A stretch of DNA of 64,000 bases, taken from contig CAJXQU010000008.1 of assembly GCA_913058255.1 (NCBI GenBank), positions 32,479-96,478 of the forward strand. The letters run 5' to 3'. Source of the DNA: an uncultured Pseudomonadota bacterium. GTDB taxonomy: Bacteria > Pseudomonadota > Gammaproteobacteria > CAJXQU01. Both the position numbers and the translations under genes were made by a program. A model generated the notes under the pieces. The model saw only the letters and a list, made by a program, of their open reading frames with translations, was not told the origin of the DNA and did not search any database. Of the stretch, positions 62,375-64,000 are shown in pieces. Numbering within the stretch: position 1 is the stretch's first letter; the number at the start of each line of letters is the position of its first letter.

Positions 62375-62519
62375 GTCTGACCTCCGTATATCTTATTCGG
62401 TAAAAATTATTACACTTAATAATTATGGCCTATGTTTTGACTAGAATAAATATATCAAAAGGCCTATCCCTTTCAGCTTGTCTTCTAGAGTTATATGTCT
62501 ACAAATAATGAGTAACTTT

Positions 62520-62533
62520 CTGATCTAGATCAG
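62520..62533. promoter_or_regulatory. Perfect 14-bp palindrome CTGATCTAGATCAG (FNR/CRP-family-like TGAT-N4-ATCA core)
   Basis: Lies in the divergent spacer between the SoxYZ-like paralog and moaA, centred about 72 nt upstream of the moaA ATG. Confidence 0.35.
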
Positions 62534-62598
62534 TATAGAAAGGGGTAATATAAGTATATCTTATTCAAAACCTTAGCCTTTAAGGTATACTCTTTTAC

Positions 62599-63603
62599 AT
62601 GAACACTCACTCTGATGGCCCATTGATTGATTCGTTTGGACGAACCGTCTCCTATGTCAGATTATCTGTAACAGATCGCTGTGACTTCCGCTGCGTCTAT
62701 TGTATGAGCGAAGATATGACCTTTGTCCCCCGGGCACAGGTACTAACCCTCGAAGAATTAGGTCAAATCGCACGCGCCTTTGCAGAGCTTCAAATCAAAA
62801 AAATCCGTATTACCGGTGGTGAGCCTCTGGTCAAAAATAATGTCCTGAAACTCTTCGACGAGATTGGTGCTATGCCAGGCATTAATGAGCTCACTCTCAC
62901 AACAAATGGTTCACAATTGACTCGCATGGCAGCAGATCTAAAAGCTTCCGGAGTTAGTCGCATCAATATCAGCCTCGACACACTCAAAGCTGATAAATTT
63001 AAAGAACTCACTAGAACGGGAGATATTAGCAAAGTACTTGCCGGTATTGATGCAGCGATCAAGGCCAAGTTTGAAAAAATTAAGATCAATGCTGTTATCC
63101 TCAAAAATAGGAATCACGACGAAGTTACTGATTTAGTCAACTTTGCTATCGAGCGCGAACTGGATATCACCTTCATCGAGGAGATGCCTCTTGGCAAAGT
63201 CTCTGATAGAAGTCGTGAAGAAGCGTATTATTCCAGTGATCGTATTAAAGAAGATCTTGCTCAGTCCTTTGAACTTATTGAGACGACAGAATCAACTGGT
63301 GGGCCTGCGCGCTACATCAAAATTCCAAACACAAAAACTAAAGTAGGCTTCATTTCGCCCCACAGCCATAACTTCTGCTCAACCTGTAATAGAGTCCGTG
63401 TCACTGCTGAAGGCTTACTTTTACTCTGCTTAGGACAAGAACACTCTGTCGACTTGAAAAGAGTAATACGGGCAAATCCTGGTGACATAGAAAAGTTGAA
63501 AAAAACGATACGTGATGCCATGAGTATCAAGCCAGAAGGTCATGATTTTGATATTACTGCGAAGCCCATTATATTCAGACACATGAATAGCACTGGTGGA
63601 TAA
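62599..63603 (+). CDS. moaA: GTP 3',8-cyclase (molybdenum cofactor biosynthesis protein A)
   Basis: 334 aa. Radical-SAM CDFRCVYC, GGEPL, a second cluster CSTCNRVRVTAEG and a C-terminal GG. Confidence 0.93.
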   Translation: MNTHSDGPLIDSFGRTVSYVRLSVTDRCDFRCVYCMSEDMTFVPRAQVLTLEELGQIARAFAELQIKKIRITGGEPLVKNNVLKLFDEIGAMPGINELTLTTNGSQLTRMAADLKASGVSRINISLDTLKADKFKELTRTGDISKVLAGIDAAIKAKFEKIKINAVILKNRNHDEVTDLVNFAIERELDITFIEEMPLGKVSDRSREEAYYSSDRIKEDLAQSFELIETTESTGGPARYIKIPNTKTKVGFISPHSHNFCSTCNRVRVTAEGLLLLCLGQEHSVDLKRVIRANPGDIEKLKKTIRDAMSIKPEGHDFDITAKPIIFRHMNSTGG

Positions 63604-64000
63604 AAAAAAATCCTTCTACCGCCCCGAACTAACACAATCGGGTCTAGCCCCAACCTGCACTGTTATTGCTTATGATGAATACGGCAAGCAACGTGAAACT
63701 CAAATTGCAGGGGAATTACCACTAACTATCTATCTTGATCGAAAAGAAATCGTCACTCTTATGACCCTAGGTGGACATCCTGAAGCACTGGTTTTAGGCT
63801 TCCTCAAAAATCAACGACTGATCAATAGAATAGAAGACATCAAATCCATTCAGGTCGACTGGGAAACTAATGCTGTTGCCGTAACGACCAACAATCCGAT
63901 TGAAAATATTGAACAACGTTTGGAGAAGAGAACTGTCACAACTGGCTGCGGTCAGGGCACGGTATTTGGTGACATTATGGCAGGGCTAGATGAAATCAAG
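63596..64000 (+). CDS. fdhD: FdhD/FdsC-family formate dehydrogenase accessory sulfurtransferase (partial, runs off window)
   Basis: Open frame from GTG 63596, overlapping the moaA stop, with 135 codons and no stop. ELPLTIYLDRKEIVTLMTLGGHPEALVLGFLKNQRLI and TTGCGQGT align with E. coli FdhD EVPVALVYNG...PKDLEYFALGFSLSEGII and RTGCGVCG. Confidence 0.72.
   Translation, partial: MDKKKSFYRPELTQSGLAPTCTVIAYDEYGKQRETQIAGELPLTIYLDRKEIVTLMTLGGHPEALVLGFLKNQRLINRIEDIKSIQVDWETNAVAVTTNNPIENIEQRLEKRTVTTGCGQGTVFGDIMAGLDEIK

Noticed and set aside
62375-62598. Moco riboswitch in the moaA leader
   Set aside because: I could not find the conserved multi-stem architecture or the conserved motifs I expect for it. 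Only a short CCTTA/TAAGG hairpin is present.
63602-63610. A9 homopolymer at the moaA stop / fdhD start as a phase-variation tract
   Set aside because: Nine A's in an AT-rich genome is unremarkable. It simply encodes KKK at the FdhD N-terminus, and there is no evidence of alternative frames being productive.

Overview
Low-GC (about 40%) gammaproteobacterial chromosome segment. The conserved housekeeping backbone is rng, glcD, aceE-aceF-lpdA, the 14-gene nuoA-N operon, tpiA-secG-tRNA-Leu(GAG) and moaA-fdhD. It is interrupted by accessory and decaying regions. The most interesting block is about 23.4-35.3 kb. It holds a PQQ alcohol dehydrogenase with the lanthanide-type D-Y-D signature, followed by an extended c-type cytochrome and an unknown Cys-rich secreted protein. 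Nearby are quinone D-lactate dehydrogenase (dld), an aldehyde dehydrogenase, a periplasmic SoxY/SoxZ-fusion-like thiol carrier (internal GGCS motif) and an AcoR-type sigma-54 activator. I can read two nearly identical -24/-12 promoters, one in front of the dehydrogenase operon and one in front of the aldehyde dehydrogenase operon. A second SoxYZ-like paralog sits divergently from moaA-fdhD. The window also carries heavy mobile-element debris. This comprises a nested pile of IS3-family elements inside an IS256 fragment, two IS30-family relics (one whose terminal repeats bracket an HxlR/oxidoreductase pair) and an internally deleted IS110. Several decayed genes are present too: lutA/lutC, an lpd 3' fragment, an MCP 3' fragment and an OmpA-like fragment. 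No CRISPR array, rRNA or recognisable defence system was seen. All functional calls rest on motif-level reading of the supplied translations, and no database search was run.
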